DNA of 22,634 nt from Calditrichaceae bacterium (lineage in GTDB: Bacteria > Calditrichota > Calditrichia > Calditrichales > JBFXGD01): assembly GCA_050178385.1 (NCBI GenBank), contig JBFXGD010000043.1:1-22634 (forward strand). Direction: 5' to 3'. The notes beneath the pieces were generated by a model. The model ran no database searches. It was not told the DNA's origin and saw nothing but the letters and a program-made list of their open reading frames with translations. This document shows, one piece after another, positions 8,037 through 19,098 of the stretch. The position numbers and the translations under genes were made by a program. The first letter of the stretch is position 1. Every line of letters begins with the position of its first letter.

Positions 8037-9013
8037 CCGAATTTGTGGTTAAAATAAGAGAAAATGCAAAGAAAAGGAATTCAAACAGGATCGTTTTGCC
8101 GGAGGGAGCTGAGCCGAGAGTTGTTAAGGCGGCGGTTTTTCTAAAGGAAAACAAACTGGTTGAACCAATCCTGCTTGGCAAGGATGAAATGATTCAAGCC
8201 GTCGCATTGGAAAACGGAGTTTCCCTGAACGGTATTACAATTATTGATCCAAAAATATCACCCCAAAAAAAGGCCTATGCAGAACAATATTATCAGTTAA
8301 GAAAACATAAAGGAATGACCCTGGATGAAGCGGAGACAATTCTTGAAAGTGAATTGTACTATGGGGCAATGATGGTTCGGAACGGAGAAGCCAAAGGCGC
8401 TGTTGCCGGATCGGTTAATACAACGGGTGATGTTCTCCGCGCGGCAATCCAGATAATCGGATTGGCGGAAGGTATCAAGGCGGTATCAAGCTCATTTGTG
8501 ATGATACTACCCGACGGAAGGGAACTCGTCTTCGGTGATTGCGCCGTGATTCCGAATCCGGATGTTGATCAGCTTACAAGTATTGCCGTAAGCAGCGCAA
8601 AAACATATGAACGACTGGTAGGAAAAGAGCCAAAGGTAGCGATGCTTTCATTCTCAACAAAAGGAAGCGCCGTACATGAGGACGTAGATAAAGTGCTGGC
8701 CGCAACGGAAAAAATCAGGGAAATTAAGCCGGATTTGAAAATCGATGGTGAATTGCAATTTGACGCGGCTATAATTGATTCAATAGGAAAGAGAAAGGCG
8801 CCGGGCAGTCCCGTGGCCGGAAATGCAAATGTGTTTATTTTCCCGGACTTAGATGCGGGAAATATTGGTTATAAGATTGCGGAACGACTTGCTGGCGCGG
8901 AAGCAATCGGGCCAGTTATTCAGGGGCTCGCAAAGCCATATAATGATCTTTCGCGTGGCTGCAGTGTGGATGATATCGTTAATGTGGCCTGTATTTGCAG
9001 CACGATGTCCTGA
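8033..9013 (+). CDS. pta: Phosphate acetyltransferase (short form)
   Basis: RIVLPEG, FGDCAVIPNP, VAMLSFSTKGSA, IDGELQFDAAI, FPDLDAGNIGYK, NDLSRGCS. ATGA overlap with coaD. Confidence 0.95.
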   Translation: MTEFVVKIRENAKKRNSNRIVLPEGAEPRVVKAAVFLKENKLVEPILLGKDEMIQAVALENGVSLNGITIIDPKISPQKKAYAEQYYQLRKHKGMTLDEAETILESELYYGAMMVRNGEAKGAVAGSVNTTGDVLRAAIQIIGLAEGIKAVSSSFVMILPDGRELVFGDCAVIPNPDVDQLTSIAVSSAKTYERLVGKEPKVAMLSFSTKGSAVHEDVDKVLAATEKIREIKPDLKIDGELQFDAAIIDSIGKRKAPGSPVAGNANVFIFPDLDAGNIGYKIAERLAGAEAIGPVIQGLAKPYNDLSRGCSVDDIVNVACICSTMS

Positions 9014-9047
9014 TGGATGGGAAAAAATAAAGGAGTGATTGATAAAG

Positions 9048-9272
9048 ATGCCTACTTATGATTATATTTGTGATAGTTGCGGGTACGAGTTTGAGAAATT
9101 TCATGGAATCAGCGCCGTACCTCCAAGAGTATGTCCAAAATGTGGCGGGCAGCTTCGCAGAAAAATCGGCGCAGGGGCGGGCTTGCTCTTTAAGGGGAGT
9201 GGATTTTATATAACGGATTATAAGAAGAACGGCGGATCGTCCAATAATAAATCGGGTGACTCATCAAAATAG
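9048..9272 (+). CDS. FmdB-family zinc-ribbon protein
   Basis: MPTYDYICDSCG...CPKCGG...FKGSGFYITDY. AGGAG at 9031-9035 favours ATG 9048 over TTG 9039. Confidence 0.9.
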   Translation: MPTYDYICDSCGYEFEKFHGISAVPPRVCPKCGGQLRRKIGAGAGLLFKGSGFYITDYKKNGGSSNNKSGDSSK

Positions 9273-9384
9273 GATTTTGATGCGGGGGATGCATCCGGGA
9301 TTTGCAGAAGAGTTTATTAAAAAACTTTGTGAAATACATCTCTAAATGTTGTTTTTTCTTATCCAATAAAGAAAGGATTAACAA

Positions 9385-10689
9385 ATGTCAAAACTCAAAG
9401 CAAAACTCGAAGAAAAAATTCCTGGTTACAGGGATCGAGTGACCAAGTTGGTCAAGGAGCATGGCGATGTTGTTGTCGACCAGGTTAAAATTAACCAGTT
9501 TTACGGCGGGATGCGAAGTTTAAAATCCCTCACAACCGATATTTCCTATTTGGATCCTGAGGAAGGTATCCGGTTCCGTGGATATACCATTCCGGAATGT
9601 CTTGAAAAACTCCCCAAACCGAAGGGTTCGGAAATGCCGTTTGTGGAAGGTCATTTTTATCTACTTCTTACAGGTGAAATCCCGACAAAAGATGACATCG
9701 CGGATGTGGTGGAAGAATTCAAGGGCAGAAGCCGTGTTCCGGAGTATGTTTTTGATATGTTGCGGGCTATGCCCAGGGATACTCATCCAATGACCATGTT
9801 TTCGGCTGCTGTTCTTTCTCTGCAGAGAGAATCAGTATTTGTGCAAAAATATAACGCCGGAATCAGCAAGATGGATTACTGGGATCCTACCTATGAAGAC
9901 TCAATGAATCTGCTGGCTAAATTACCTGAGATTGCCGCTTATATTTACAGAATGAAGTACAAAGCTGATTCACCGATTAAACCGGATCCAAGCCTGGATT
10001 TTGGAGCAAATTTCGCTCATATGATGGGAATCAAACATCCGTACGACGAAATTTCCCGCCTCTATTTTATTCTTCATAGTGATCATGAAAGCGGAAACGT
10101 AAGCGCCCATACTACTCATCTGGTTTCCTCTGCTTTGTCAGACGCTTATTATTCATTGTCTGCCGGACTTAATGGTCTTGCAGGGCCGCTTCATGGATTG
10201 GCAAATCAGGAAGTATTGCGCTGGATTCAACAGTTGATGAATCAACTTGGGAATAAGGTACCGACCAAGGAAGAACTGAAAAAGTTTGTATGGGATACTC
10301 TGCAATCCGGTCAGGTCATTCCAGGTTACGGACATGCCGTTCTGCGGAAAACAGATCCGCGCTATGCCGCGCAGCGTGATTTTTCATTGAAGTATCTGCC
10401 GAATGATCCAATTTTTAAACTGGTAAGTATGCTTTATGACGTTGTGCCTCCAATTCTTGTCGAACAAGGCAAAGCTAAGAATCCATGGCCAAATGTTGAT
10501 GCTCATTCAGGTGTTATTCAATGGCATTATGGTGTGACAGACTATGATTTCTATACAGTTATGTTTGGTGTAGGCCGGGCAATAGGCGTTCTCAGCAATA
10601 TCATCTGGGATCGCGCGCTTGGTCAGGCTCTGGAGCGTCCGAAATCATTGACAACCGCCATGCTTGAAAAAATCGCCGGGATCAAATAA
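9385..10689 (+). CDS. gltA: Citrate (Si)-synthase, eukaryotic type
   Basis: HSDHESGNVSAH, GLNGLAGPLHGLANQEVL, VIPGYGHAVLRKTDPRY, KNPWPNVDAHSG, ERPKS. Confidence 0.95.
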   Translation: MSKLKAKLEEKIPGYRDRVTKLVKEHGDVVVDQVKINQFYGGMRSLKSLTTDISYLDPEEGIRFRGYTIPECLEKLPKPKGSEMPFVEGHFYLLLTGEIPTKDDIADVVEEFKGRSRVPEYVFDMLRAMPRDTHPMTMFSAAVLSLQRESVFVQKYNAGISKMDYWDPTYEDSMNLLAKLPEIAAYIYRMKYKADSPIKPDPSLDFGANFAHMMGIKHPYDEISRLYFILHSDHESGNVSAHTTHLVSSALSDAYYSLSAGLNGLAGPLHGLANQEVLRWIQQLMNQLGNKVPTKEELKKFVWDTLQSGQVIPGYGHAVLRKTDPRYAAQRDFSLKYLPNDPIFKLVSMLYDVVPPILVEQGKAKNPWPNVDAHSGVIQWHYGVTDYDFYTVMFGVGRAIGVLSNIIWDRALGQALERPKSLTTAMLEKIAGIK

Positions 10690-10712
10690 CAATCAGGAAT
10701 TCAGGAAGGAAT

Positions 10713-10744
10713 AAAAAAAAGGCGTCCATGTGACGCCTTTTTTT
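10713..10744. terminator. Bidirectional Rho-independent terminator
   Basis: A8-GGCGTC-catgt-GACGCC-T7 between the convergent citrate synthase and MFS genes. Confidence 0.9.
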
Positions 10745-10784
10745 ATATGAAGATATGATTATGATTGATTGTTATATACTAAAA

Positions 10785-12386
10785 TTAAGAAGCTTTTTCC
10801 CTCATGCCTTTTGCCATCCAGTTTTTAGCAAGGAATAATGCAATCGGTGATGTGATAGCTATAATCGCGTAAAAGAGCCACATTTCCCCGGTTCTCATTT
10901 CCAGCCCTTCTTCCGGTTTTGGAATATAATTTGCGACAAAATATCCCGAATACGCGGCCGTTATCATTTTTGTTAAAAACCAGGGTAGTTGACCAATACC
11001 CATATATGAACCCGTTTTGCCTTCCGGCGCGATTTCGGCAATCCATTGAAGAAAACGAGGCTGCCACATGGCTTCACCGATCGTCATGAGAAGAATATAG
11101 GTCAGAAGCAATGCAGTGTTGGGGCCCAGGGCGAGTAAGAATGTCGGGGCGGCCATCACGAGCGTTCCGAGAATCATCATTTTGTAAACATTGGCGCGAG
11201 CGGTAACCGCGGCAATGGCCGGCGCGAATATAAAGATGAGAATTGGATTGAGGTTGGAAAAAAATTCAAAATACTCTCCAACAATACTGCCGGCAAACGC
11301 GCGATCTAAATAATACGGCAGGGTGAGCCAGTTATGCGCGAATAAGGTTTGTACCGGGATAAGCATAAAAATAAAAAATACAAAGCGAATATCCCTGAAA
11401 GGATGGTCCGGGCGAACTTTAAGGAACTGCCAGACGGAGATAATCCCGGTCACAACAAGGAGAATGTACTCAACATAATACGGCAAGGTTATTTTTCCCA
11501 TTTGAACCAAAATGATGAGAAAAGCCGATAAAATTACAAAAAAGAGTGAAGCAAAAAAGGCGTTATTGTTTATTTTTTCTGTTTTACCGGATTTTTCGGA
11601 GATTTCCTTTTTTGGTTTCCCGTCCAGCTCTTTTGACGCGTCAGTCTCTTTTTTTATTCTTGCTACGGCGGCAGAATCTGTTTTCTTTGTAAGGATCACA
11701 TAGGTCAAAAGAAGCGCGAGCAGAGTTAATCCACTATACACCCAGAATACAGCTGTTAAGCCATTCGGCGGGAAAACACTTTCAAATTTATGCCGGGTTA
11801 TCGGTGAAATGAAACCGGAGAAAAACGCGCCGAGATTCATTAAGGCGTAAATGACAGCATACCCGATTGCGGCAGTTTGAGGGTTTGTATACCGTTTGAC
11901 CCCTGCATAGGCCGCAGGCTGGTAAAGACCATAAGCGATTACCATAATCAGCAAGCCGAGTGACATCGTAATAAACATCGGAGAACCAATGCCGCTGCCC
12001 ATGGGAATAGTACCTGAAAGCGCGATCAGGAGCCGGCCTACAAACATCATTATAAAAGCAAGCGCCAAAGAATTTCGCACGCCGATTTTATCTGACACGC
12101 CCCCAAAGATCAACATGGCGAATGTAATGCCGCCGGTGACTCCTCCGTAAACCCATCCCGCGTGTATATCGCTTAACGCGACATTTTCGGAAGAATATTT
12201 TCCCAGGATAGTAAGGATCCCGAAATAAACCAGACCCTCTATCACATAGGGAATATTGATACCCCACAATGCCCTGGGAGCCTTAAAAAAGGCAACAAAA
12301 GTATCGACAAGCTCTTTCATGGAATCTTTTAATATTTGAGAGAAAGATTTTTTCTCTGTAACATCGTTTGCTAATTTTTCGCTCAT
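10785..12386 (-). CDS. MFS transporter, probably POT/oligopeptide-like
   Basis: Motif A GGVSDKIGVRNSL; AIGYAVIYALMNLGAFFSG; NLNPILI; IGEAMWQP...IAPEGKTGSYMG; about 14 hydrophobic segments; GGAG RBS. Confidence 0.88.
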   Translation of the reverse strand: MSEKLANDVTEKKSFSQILKDSMKELVDTFVAFFKAPRALWGINIPYVIEGLVYFGILTILGKYSSENVALSDIHAGWVYGGVTGGITFAMLIFGGVSDKIGVRNSLALAFIMMFVGRLLIALSGTIPMGSGIGSPMFITMSLGLLIMVIAYGLYQPAAYAGVKRYTNPQTAAIGYAVIYALMNLGAFFSGFISPITRHKFESVFPPNGLTAVFWVYSGLTLLALLLTYVILTKKTDSAAVARIKKETDASKELDGKPKKEISEKSGKTEKINNNAFFASLFFVILSAFLIILVQMGKITLPYYVEYILLVVTGIISVWQFLKVRPDHPFRDIRFVFFIFMLIPVQTLFAHNWLTLPYYLDRAFAGSIVGEYFEFFSNLNPILIFIFAPAIAAVTARANVYKMMILGTLVMAAPTFLLALGPNTALLLTYILLMTIGEAMWQPRFLQWIAEIAPEGKTGSYMGIGQLPWFLTKMITAAYSGYFVANYIPKPEEGLEMRTGEMWLFYAIIAITSPIALFLAKNWMAKGMREKAS

Positions 12387-12544
12387 GCATACTCCATGTT
12401 AGGATAAATCGTTAAATTAATAAAAGCCCGGCAAAATTAATGCTCCGTCTGAACAAAATGTTTAATATACAACTTCAAATAACCGCAATAAAGAAAAAAT
12501 TTTATTGAAAAATTAGAATCATAATATAATTAGTCAAAATTTAT

Positions 12545-14104
12545 TTATTCATTACGCCCCTGACGGTTCCATCTGAATATCGTGATACCTTTCCTTGTAC
12601 TGATCCACAGATCTTCACCGGAAACATCAATATGATAGACATGGTTATCAGCCAAACCATCATCGACAGTATAGAGATACCAATAATCTCTGGAGATGAC
12701 ATACTTTAATAATCCAGAATCAGATGCAAACCAAACATTCCCCGGAGTAAACGCGATATCATGAAAAACCATTTTGAGATCAAGATTTACCTGCGGAAAA
12801 GAAATCCAGTTTTTTGTCTTTGAATCGTATAATGTAATTCCATACCTCGAAGCAACCCAGAGTGAATCGTTGTTTACGCCAACCGCATTTATGTCAACAT
12901 CAAGGACGGCGGATTTTGTCGAGAAAAAGCTGATTTTGTCCTTTTGGGGATCATAACTATATAATCCAAAGCGGGTGGCTAATAATATTAACGAGTCAAG
13001 GGAAGTGATTTTAAGGACGGTAAAATTATCTAAGGTACGGTCAGACGATTCAAAAATAGTATCATAACCCTGGCTCATCCAGTTAAAACCGGCATCTGTG
13101 GCTATATATAAGACATCGCCATGAATATAAAGATCGTTAACCTTATTAGATTCCAAACCGTCTGAAACGGTATATGTCTTCCAACTGTTTTTACTTATAT
13201 TGTATCTGGCAAGCCCAAGATCCAATCCAAAAAATATATTATTTGTATGCGCGCTGATAACATTCACATCGTCTTTATTCAGGCCGTTTGTCAAAGGAGC
13301 CTCAAAATACTCCCATGTATTATTGTCTGTACGCCATAGACAAATTCCGGAAGGGGGAATACTACCGGATTTTCCTCCAATCCATACATCGCTCCCAAGA
13401 AATTCCATATCCCGTGGGCTAATGTTGGCGATAGAGGCCTGATAAAAAGAAATTTCTGACTGATAAAGCTTGCCCATGGCAACACCAAGTCCATTTGTTC
13501 CGGCCCAGAAGTTAAACCATTGATCGACAATTCTGTCCGTCAGCCGGAAGGACCGGTTATAGCGATCCAATATTTCTCCGTTGAGATGATATACATAATT
13601 GATGTCGGTGAAAAAATTTGGCAAAGCAGCTGTCGCGGGGCGAGAGTAGGCCGGGAATCGATAATCAGTGTAATCCGGTCTGTTATTGGTATTATTCTGA
13701 ATCGGCTCTCTGCGGGCAGGCATTTCATTGGTTAAGGCCGGCCTCCAATATTCGAAGCCTCGATTGTAAACATCAATACCCATGGGTGTTTTAGCGTAAA
13801 GCTGATGATCAATCGGATTAAAAACCAGCGCGAGTATTTTATTGCTTCTCAAGCCATTGCTTGTGGTAAACGGATATTCCCAGACATGTTCGTAAAGATG
13901 ATATCTCAGAATACCTCCATGCCTCGTTCCAAAATAGACATAGTCATCCCCGATATCCACCGTAAGAATGTCGGTGGAGGGAGCGTATGTGATCCAGTCA
14001 TCAACGTCATAATGAGAAAAACGATCAAAATATATCTGATGAACAACCTGACTGCCGGCGGATGAAATCAATAAAAAAAGAATAAAAAGCAATGTTTTCG
14101 GCAA
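12545..14104 (-). CDS. Secreted beta-propeller protein (Reg_prop-like repeats)
   Basis: Signal peptide and repeats TTSNGLRSNKI, TNGLNKDDV, TVSDGLESNKV, TVDDGLADNHV with LWVAS/VWFAS/LWIST-xxG strands. TTG start. Confidence 0.8.
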   Translation of the reverse strand: MPKTLLFILFLLISSAGSQVVHQIYFDRFSHYDVDDWITYAPSTDILTVDIGDDYVYFGTRHGGILRYHLYEHVWEYPFTTSNGLRSNKILALVFNPIDHQLYAKTPMGIDVYNRGFEYWRPALTNEMPARREPIQNNTNNRPDYTDYRFPAYSRPATAALPNFFTDINYVYHLNGEILDRYNRSFRLTDRIVDQWFNFWAGTNGLGVAMGKLYQSEISFYQASIANISPRDMEFLGSDVWIGGKSGSIPPSGICLWRTDNNTWEYFEAPLTNGLNKDDVNVISAHTNNIFFGLDLGLARYNISKNSWKTYTVSDGLESNKVNDLYIHGDVLYIATDAGFNWMSQGYDTIFESSDRTLDNFTVLKITSLDSLILLATRFGLYSYDPQKDKISFFSTKSAVLDVDINAVGVNNDSLWVASRYGITLYDSKTKNWISFPQVNLDLKMVFHDIAFTPGNVWFASDSGLLKYVISRDYWYLYTVDDGLADNHVYHIDVSGEDLWISTRKGITIFRWNRQGRNE

Positions 14105-14117
14105 AATTAAAATCCTG

Positions 14118-15407
14118 TCATTTATACTGGCTGGTAACTGCGTCTATCTTAGATTTATTTTCTCGCGGATATTTTATGGTCAGATAAATATACTCATCAT
14201 CAAAAGTCTTTTCCAGAACTCGCGCAAGCGGCCGGATGAGATATTCAGCGGATCCGGAATGGAAATTCAGACGAATTTGCTCCGTTTCAAATCCGGATTC
14301 AACAATTTCTCCAAGACGATCTTTTAAATTCTGAATTCCAATACCGCGCTTTCCGGACACAAAAATAGCCTCCGGGTATCTTGCCTTAATCTGGTTCAGA
14401 ATACCGTTCTGTTTAATCTGGTCAACTTTATTAAATACTAATAGCCGTTCTTTTTGAGATATTTTTAATTCAGTAAATAAATTGTTAACGACTTCGATAT
14501 GATCAGAAAAATGCGGATGCGAAATATCTACAACATGAACAAGCAAATCTGCGCCGGTCGTTTCGGCGAGAGTCGTCTTAAAAGACGCGACTAACTGATG
14601 AGGAAGTTTTCGGATAAAGCCGACCGTATCACTGAGCAAAAGAGTCGTTCCGGAATTCAGTTGAAGTCGCCTGATAGTGGTATCAAGAGTGGCGAACAAC
14701 TGATCTTCGACCAGAACTTCAGCGTCAGTGAGGGCGTTCATCAATGTCGATTTTCCGGCATTAGTATACCCAATCAACGCGGCGCGAAAGACAGATTCCC
14801 GCTGTACCCGCTGTGTAGAGTTTTGCTTTTCAATTCGTTTAAGATCCTGTTTAAGTCTGGCGATCCGCGTACGAATGAGTCGTCTGTCTGTTTCAAGCTG
14901 GGTTTCACCAGGACCTTTTGTTCCGATACCGCCGACCTGCCGTGATAAATGCTGCCACTGTCGGGTAAGTCTGGGCAGCAAATAGTTGAGCTGCGCCAGT
15001 TCAACCTGCGTTTTTGCTTCGCTTGATCTGGCGTGCAAAGCAAAAATATCAAGAATAAGCGCGGTCCGGTCTATGACTTTGACCGATAATGCCTTCTCAA
15101 GATTTCTTACTTGCGCCGGACTGAGTTCATCATCAAAAATAATGAGATTGACCGAATCCATTTCAACGCGCAGGGCTATTTCTTCTATTTTCCCCTTCCC
15201 AAGGAAATATGCCGGATCGGGTGAGTTTCTTTCCTGAATAACGGTATCCACAACTTCAGCGCCGGCAGTTTTTGCGAGAGCGGAAAGTTCATTAAGGTGT
15301 TCTTCAACCTCCCACCGGGTTTGATGATGCTGAACGATTCCGGCGAGCAGGCTTCGCTCAACTTTTATGGTGATGTCATTTGATTGAATTTCTATAATAG
15401 GCTCCAA
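14118..15407 (-). CDS. hflX: Ribosome-associated GTPase HflX
   Basis: VIDRTALILDIFA, GPGETQLETDRR, G1 GYTNAGKST, LFATLDTT, DTVGF, NKVD. The TTG start is approximate. Confidence 0.97.
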   Translation of the reverse strand: MEPIIEIQSNDITIKVERSLLAGIVQHHQTRWEVEEHLNELSALAKTAGAEVVDTVIQERNSPDPAYFLGKGKIEEIALRVEMDSVNLIIFDDELSPAQVRNLEKALSVKVIDRTALILDIFALHARSSEAKTQVELAQLNYLLPRLTRQWQHLSRQVGGIGTKGPGETQLETDRRLIRTRIARLKQDLKRIEKQNSTQRVQRESVFRAALIGYTNAGKSTLMNALTDAEVLVEDQLFATLDTTIRRLQLNSGTTLLLSDTVGFIRKLPHQLVASFKTTLAETTGADLLVHVVDISHPHFSDHIEVVNNLFTELKISQKERLLVFNKVDQIKQNGILNQIKARYPEAIFVSGKRGIGIQNLKDRLGEIVESGFETEQIRLNFHSGSAEYLIRPLARVLEKTFDDEYIYLTIKYPRENKSKIDAVTSQYK

Positions 15408-15440
15408 TAAATAATTTATATTTAAGTGTACTGCAAATAA

Positions 15441-17485
15441 TTAATGTTCCATTTTTTTTATTAAGATCATCTCTCCGGCTAAGGTTAACAAAGCTAAAGT
15501 TAAAAAAACATACCATAATTCGAATCCGCTTCTGGTATCAATTATCTGCTCATTTAAGGATTCATCTCCCTCAAATTTAAATACGCGCGATGTAATATTC
15601 TCAAAACTCTGAAAAGGACTTTGAAATTCTTTTGATGAAACATTAACCGCGAATGACTGAATAGGCTCATTGTCTGAAAACAAATGATAATGGCCGGGCT
15701 GATCAATATTTTCAAATTTAAATCTCAGGCCCGATGAAGTTTGTTCGGGCACGATATCAAGCTTATCCTTCCCCGGGGGTTGGACTGAATACGATTTCTG
15801 GAAAGAAAGATCAGGCCTCATTAAATAAAAGACATCCCCGGTATGCACCTGATCCACAGCATGCAGATCTTTTTGCGCTGCATAGTATAAGCTCCGGTAA
15901 AGCATCGGCACAAACAGACCCTTCACGGGAAAGTCAGTCCAGGACAAATCAAATAATGAACTAAAAAGAAATAATGAACCGGCCGCGGGGTCGGATAATA
16001 TTATTTCTGATAAAAAGGGATCCCCGTTTTTAAAACTCAATAACGTATTTCCACCGCTCTTTATTCTAAAGTACTGATATACTTTTGGCATATCTAACTC
16101 AGATGCATTTCCGGAAAAAAGGAGACTGAAAACAGGGTTTATAGTATCAACCGCACGTAATGAATAATATGATTCATTGATGTTTGTGGATTTAAAATCA
16201 ACAAAACAATTCTTTATTCCAAATATATTCATAACAGAATTTAATTCAGTGATTGTCATTTGATTGCCGGGGATAAGAACAATACTTTTCCCGTTCTTTA
16301 CAAAAGAAGCCAAACGTCCGGCGGTTTCATCGCGTATAAATCCGGGGTCATTCAGCACAATCAGATCAAATTTATCAAAATTCGCGCCCTGCCAGGCGGA
16401 ATAGCCAAGATGATCAATTTTGAATATTGTATTTTGAGAAAGCACATCCACCGCGTGGTTTAAGAAGGGAGTGGTCTGATTGTCAACAAAAAGGATGGAC
16501 AGGTTTTCAGGAACGTTTATAGAAAAATAGTAGTAATTATCAGCAGATAAATCATCATCTTCAAGTTCTACATGCAGAAGCTGCTGTCCGGTTGTGGTGG
16601 GTACAAAAGCCATCTCCACATTGTTAACTGCGGAAGGTTCCAGCTTTACCTGTTCCATTGCGACTCTTGTATTACCGGCATACAGGTTGACCGGCAAACT
16701 GATTCCGGCGTCATCGTTAAAATTATGCACACGGACGGTAAGATTGACGGGTTTGTCTCGTTCAAACAACTGATTTTGAACAATGACCGTATCAATACCG
16801 GCGTTTTCAAATGTATGGGTTGCGGATACGTCGATAAGAAAAGATCTTATGGTTTTATCACTGAAAAAGAATTGATGGAATCATGGAGCGCCTCCCGCGA
16901 AATTTGAAAATCACTGTATATGTATAATTCTTTGTTATAATTGGGATATTTTTCAAAAATTTCGGATGCGTTCCTTAAGACATTTGTGAAGTCGGGTGAT
17001 AAAAATGTCGGTTCCGCCAGTTGAGAGATCTCCTGAGTATTAACGTGAACAGGTGTGGTGATTTTTGCGGGCGTGATAAAAAATACACGATCGTCATGGC
17101 TAAACAAACTAATCTGCTCTTTCATATGAAGGAGCGCTTGTTCGAACCTTGTGGTTGAGCCGGCATAGCTGCGCATGCTGTACGAATCGTCCAGGATCAT
17201 AACCGCGGTAGTATTTGCCGGGGTTGTTATTGACGGGAGATCCCCGGTGATAGTCGGCCTTGTAAATGCTAAAACGATAAACAAAATAAATAAGGTTCTC
17301 AATATTATCAGTAAAATTTGATAAAGTTTAACCTGCCGAATTCTTTTACTTTCGAGAAGCTTAAGAAAGCGAAGAGAGCTGAATTCAATTTTTTTTGTCT
17401 TCTGCCGATTAAAAAAGTGGATTAACAGCGGAATAACCGCTGCAGCGAGCGCCGGTAATAGAATTGAGTTTAAAAAACTAATCAT
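15441..17485 (-). pseudogene. BatA-domain / vWA membrane protein split by a single frameshift (assembly error or true pseudogene)
   Basis: The 5' ORF 16847-17485 has a BatA N-terminus (IPLLIHFFNR...FSSLRFL...LAFTRP) and the MIDAS motif DDSYS. The frame of ORF 15441-16769 stays open up to 16880. One extra base within 16850-16880 joins them into a ~681-aa protein ending in a TM helix (ELWYVFLTLALL). Confidence 0.85.
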
Positions 17486-17683
17486 ATTGAGCTTGTACAG
17501 GCTCCATAAAACATTTTGTTTTAAAAAAAAATGATTTGGCTTGAATTTGAATAAAAAATTTCAATATATTCAAACTAAATCAATTTACAGTATTTTTAGG
17601 CGATTTCCCAAAAAAATGCTCAGACCTTCTCGTTTCCGCAAATTTCAAATTGTCTGTCCATATTAATTGTGTTAGAGTGTCAA

Positions 17684-18448
17684 ATGTTTAATGAGACAGA
17701 CAACCTCCGGGTTCCGCAATATTCGTACCTGGCTCGCTATTATGACAGAATAATGAATCATGTCGATTATAAGCAATGGGCAGGTTACCTCAAGCCATTA
17801 TTTTCTTACAGCGATCTGAACGTGAAATATATTGCTGATATTTCATGCGGTACGGGCAAGCTGCTTCCAAATTTAATTTCTGAGAACTGGAAAATTTACG
17901 GAGGTGATTTATCCGCATCCATGCTCAAAAGGGCAAAATCTAAAACCCGGACATCAGGATTTTTGTATTTCTGCAGTGATGCTTCTGCTGCGGGGATAAA
18001 AAAAAACAAATTTGATGTCGTTTTGATGTTGTATGATTCAATCAATTATTTTGTTGAAGAAGAAAAAATGGCGATGCTCTTTGATGAAGTTTTCAGAATA
18101 TTAAAGAAAGGCGGTTTGTTTATATTTGATGTTGTGACGCCTGATATTTGTATTCAGAATTTTTCTGATTACCATGAAAAAGATTCCTGGAATAATTCCG
18201 GTTATGAGCGGCACAGCTGGTATGAAAAAAAGACCGGCATCCAATATAATGAGTTTACCATATATGAAGGTAACGATAAGTACACGGAATTACATGCTCA
18301 AAAAATCAGATCAATCGCCGAATGGAAGAAAATGCTGATACCGGGTCCCTTCGAAATAATAGCCGTTTATGACAATTTTACTTATCGGGATGCGGATGAA
18401 CGCTCTGAACGGGTGCATTTTTTATGTAAAAAGAAAACAGAACAATGA
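17684..18448 (+). CDS. Class I SAM-dependent methyltransferase
   Basis: YSYLARYYD, motif I DISCGTG, GGDLSASML, DSINY, LKKGGLFIFD. The start is either GTG 17669 or ATG 17684. Confidence 0.9.
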   Translation: MFNETDNLRVPQYSYLARYYDRIMNHVDYKQWAGYLKPLFSYSDLNVKYIADISCGTGKLLPNLISENWKIYGGDLSASMLKRAKSKTRTSGFLYFCSDASAAGIKKNKFDVVLMLYDSINYFVEEEKMAMLFDEVFRILKKGGLFIFDVVTPDICIQNFSDYHEKDSWNNSGYERHSWYEKKTGIQYNEFTIYEGNDKYTELHAQKIRSIAEWKKMLIPGPFEIIAVYDNFTYRDADERSERVHFLCKKKTEQ

Positions 18449-19098
18449 TAGAATTCTATAATGTTGCCGTGGATATCGACGGGAAATCAATTTTAAAAAA
18501 TATAACATTCCGAATGCTTAAAGGTGAATTTGTTTACCTGGTTGGAGCAAGCGGAGCAGGTAAGTCAACTATTCTCAGATTGATCTATATGGATTTGTTT
18601 CCCAGTGAGGGAATGGTGGTTGTTGAAAATTTTAGTTCTGCTAAAATAAGGGAAAAAGAAATTCCATACCTTCGGAGAAAAGTCGGTGTTGTGTTTCAGG
18701 ACTTTAAACTGCTGCAGGACCGGAACGTATTTGATAATGTGGCCTTTGCACTGCGTGTTACAGGTGTAAAGGGCGCCGAGATTAAACGAAAAGTGATGCG
18801 CGTACTTGCAGAAGTAAATCTTGGGCATAAGCGAAACCATTATCCGGCTGAATTATCGGGTGGTGAGCAGCAACGGGTGGCTATTGCAAGGGCTATTGTA
18901 AATGATCCTATTATTGTTCTTGCCGACGAACCAACCGGTAATCTTGATGATCAGTCTTCGCTGGAGATTGTAAAGATACTTGAAAAAATAAATCACCAGG
19001 GCACGGCAGTACTGATGGCAACGCATGATAACAATATTGTCAGCCGTTTTCCGAATCGCACAATTAAAGCAGATAAAGGAATACTCAGACAGGAATGA
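18445..19098 (+). CDS. ftsE: Cell division ATP-binding protein FtsE
   Basis: Walker [51 protein letters not shown]. Followed by ftsX. Confidence 0.95.
   Translation: MIEFYNVAVDIDGKSILKNITFRMLKGEFVYLVGASGAGKSTILRLIYMDLFPSEGMVVVENFSSAKIREKEIPYLRRKVGVVFQDFKLLQDRNVFDNVAFALRVTGVKGAEIKRKVMRVLAEVNLGHKRNHYPAELSGGEQQRVAIARAIVNDPIIVLADEPTGNLDDQSSLEIVKILEKINHQGTAVLMATHDNNIVSRFPNRTIKADKGILRQE

Noticed and set aside
12505..12530. Antisense sigma70 promoter TTGAAA...TATAAT
   Set aside because: The 14-nt spacer is too short, and such hexamers are expected by chance in AT-rich DNA.
15441..16769. Independent 442-aa gene starting at TTG 16769
   Set aside because: The frame is open up to 16880 and continues the BatA/vWA protein, so it is treated as one frameshifted gene.
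17546..17574. Inverted repeat TTTGAATA-N13-TATTCAAA in the divergent intergenic region
   Set aside because: Very AT-rich, and it may just reflect overlapping divergent promoter elements. There is no independent support.
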